This document shows positions 62,953-63,891 of a stretch of 63,891 bases of DNA, piece by piece. A model generated the notes under the pieces. That model was not told where the DNA came from. It saw only the letters and a program-made list of their open reading frames with translations, and searched no databases. The position numbers and the translations under genes are program-made. Every line of letters begins with the position of its first letter. Positions within the stretch are counted from its first letter, which is position 1. Source of the stretch: Chiloscyllium plagiosum (taxonomy: Eukaryota); the NCBI RefSeq assembly GCF_004010195.1, contig NC_057720.1, forward strand, positions 17,900,609 through 17,964,499, written 5' to 3'.

Positions 62953-63320
62953 GAATATTTCCTGAAGTCAAATGGCATTCGCAACATAAAGACACCTCCA
63001 TACCATCCATCGTTCAATGGTCTGGCAGAAACAGGAGTCCAAACTTTGAAGGTAGGCATAAAGAAACAGTCTATAACTTCAAACTGACCCAATTCCTGCT
63101 TGATTATCTGTCCACCCCTCATGCAACTACACAAGATTCCTCTAAGCGAGACAGACAGTTCACTTCAGGGGATGACATTTGGTGCTGAAACCACAGAAAT
63201 GGCCCTGCATGGTTAAGAAGCATGGTCAATGTGATGTCAGGTCCTGTAATGTACGCATTCGGATAGGTGAGGTCGTCTTGAATGTGAGTGTCGTAAATGG
63301 TGCAGGTGCAAAACACACAC
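62953..63320 (+). mobile_element. Ty3/Gypsy integrase C-terminal fragment
   Basis: EYFLKSNGIRNIKTPPYHPSFNGLAETGVQTLK matches the integrase YHP.SNGLAER motif. Confidence 0.75.
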
Positions 63321-63409
63321 AGCCCCTCAGAACAGCCAAAAAGGCTATCAGAATCCATGGATTCTTCTTCATGTTCCAATGTCAAAGAAACCATTAAGTC
63401 TGAGATGGA

Positions 63410-63891
63410 CACAGTTGCTTGCGGAATCTGAGGATATAGGGGAAGTGTTTAATGAATACTTTTCATCAGTATTCACATTGGAAAAGGGCAATGTTAATGA
63501 AAATACGGAGACACAGGCTAGTAGATTAGATGGTATTGTGATTGACAAGGAAGTTTTAACAATTTTGGAAGATTTAAAAATAGATAAGACCCCTGGGCCG
63601 GATGGAATTTATCATCGGATTCTCTGGGAAGCCAGGGAGGAGATTGCAGAGTCTTTGGCTTTGATCTTTATGTCATCATTGTCGACAGGAGTAATGCCAG
63701 AAGACTGGAGGATAGCAAATGTTGTTCCCTTGTTTAAGAAGGAGAATTGGGCAACCCTGATAATTAGAGGCCAGTGGGCCTTACTATAGTTATGGATAAG
63801 GTGTTGGAAAAGGTTATAAGAGATAGGATTTATAATCATCTGGAAAGAAATAATTTGATTAGAGATAGTCAACATGGTTTTGTGAAGGGTA
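63410..63891 (+). mobile_element. CR1 LINE fragment running off the window end
   Basis: NEYFSSVFT, KTPGPDGIY, EDWRIANVVPLFKK, QHGF. Confidence 0.9.

Overview
Repeat-dominated vertebrate genomic DNA, most likely a cartilaginous fish (shark). This is inferred from HE1-type SINEs, HER1/CR1-type LINEs and Deu-type SINE remnants. No host protein-coding gene can be identified with confidence; only a few low-confidence candidate exons (about 0.9-1.6 kb on +; 16.2 and 40.4 kb on -). Almost all long ORFs come from retroelements. The centre of the window (about 17.6-32 kb) is a nested stack: an old CR1 LINE interrupted in turn by an antisense CR1 3' end fused to an R2-like RT fragment, a young near-intact CR1 ORF2, a ~4 kb inverted Penelope-like element (RT + GIY-YIG) and a second young CR1. 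The most striking non-coding signal is a family of minimal hammerhead-ribozyme motifs (CUGANGA-stem II-GAAA-CGUC), about 13 intact or decayed copies. They sit at Penelope termini and in short (~90-180 bp) stand-alone insertions flanked by target-site duplications. Also present: Tigger/pogo-like MITEs, RTE, L2, Rex1/Babar and Gypsy relics, a tRNA-Thr(TGT) pseudogene, a (CT/CTGT)n microsatellite and a 170-N gap.
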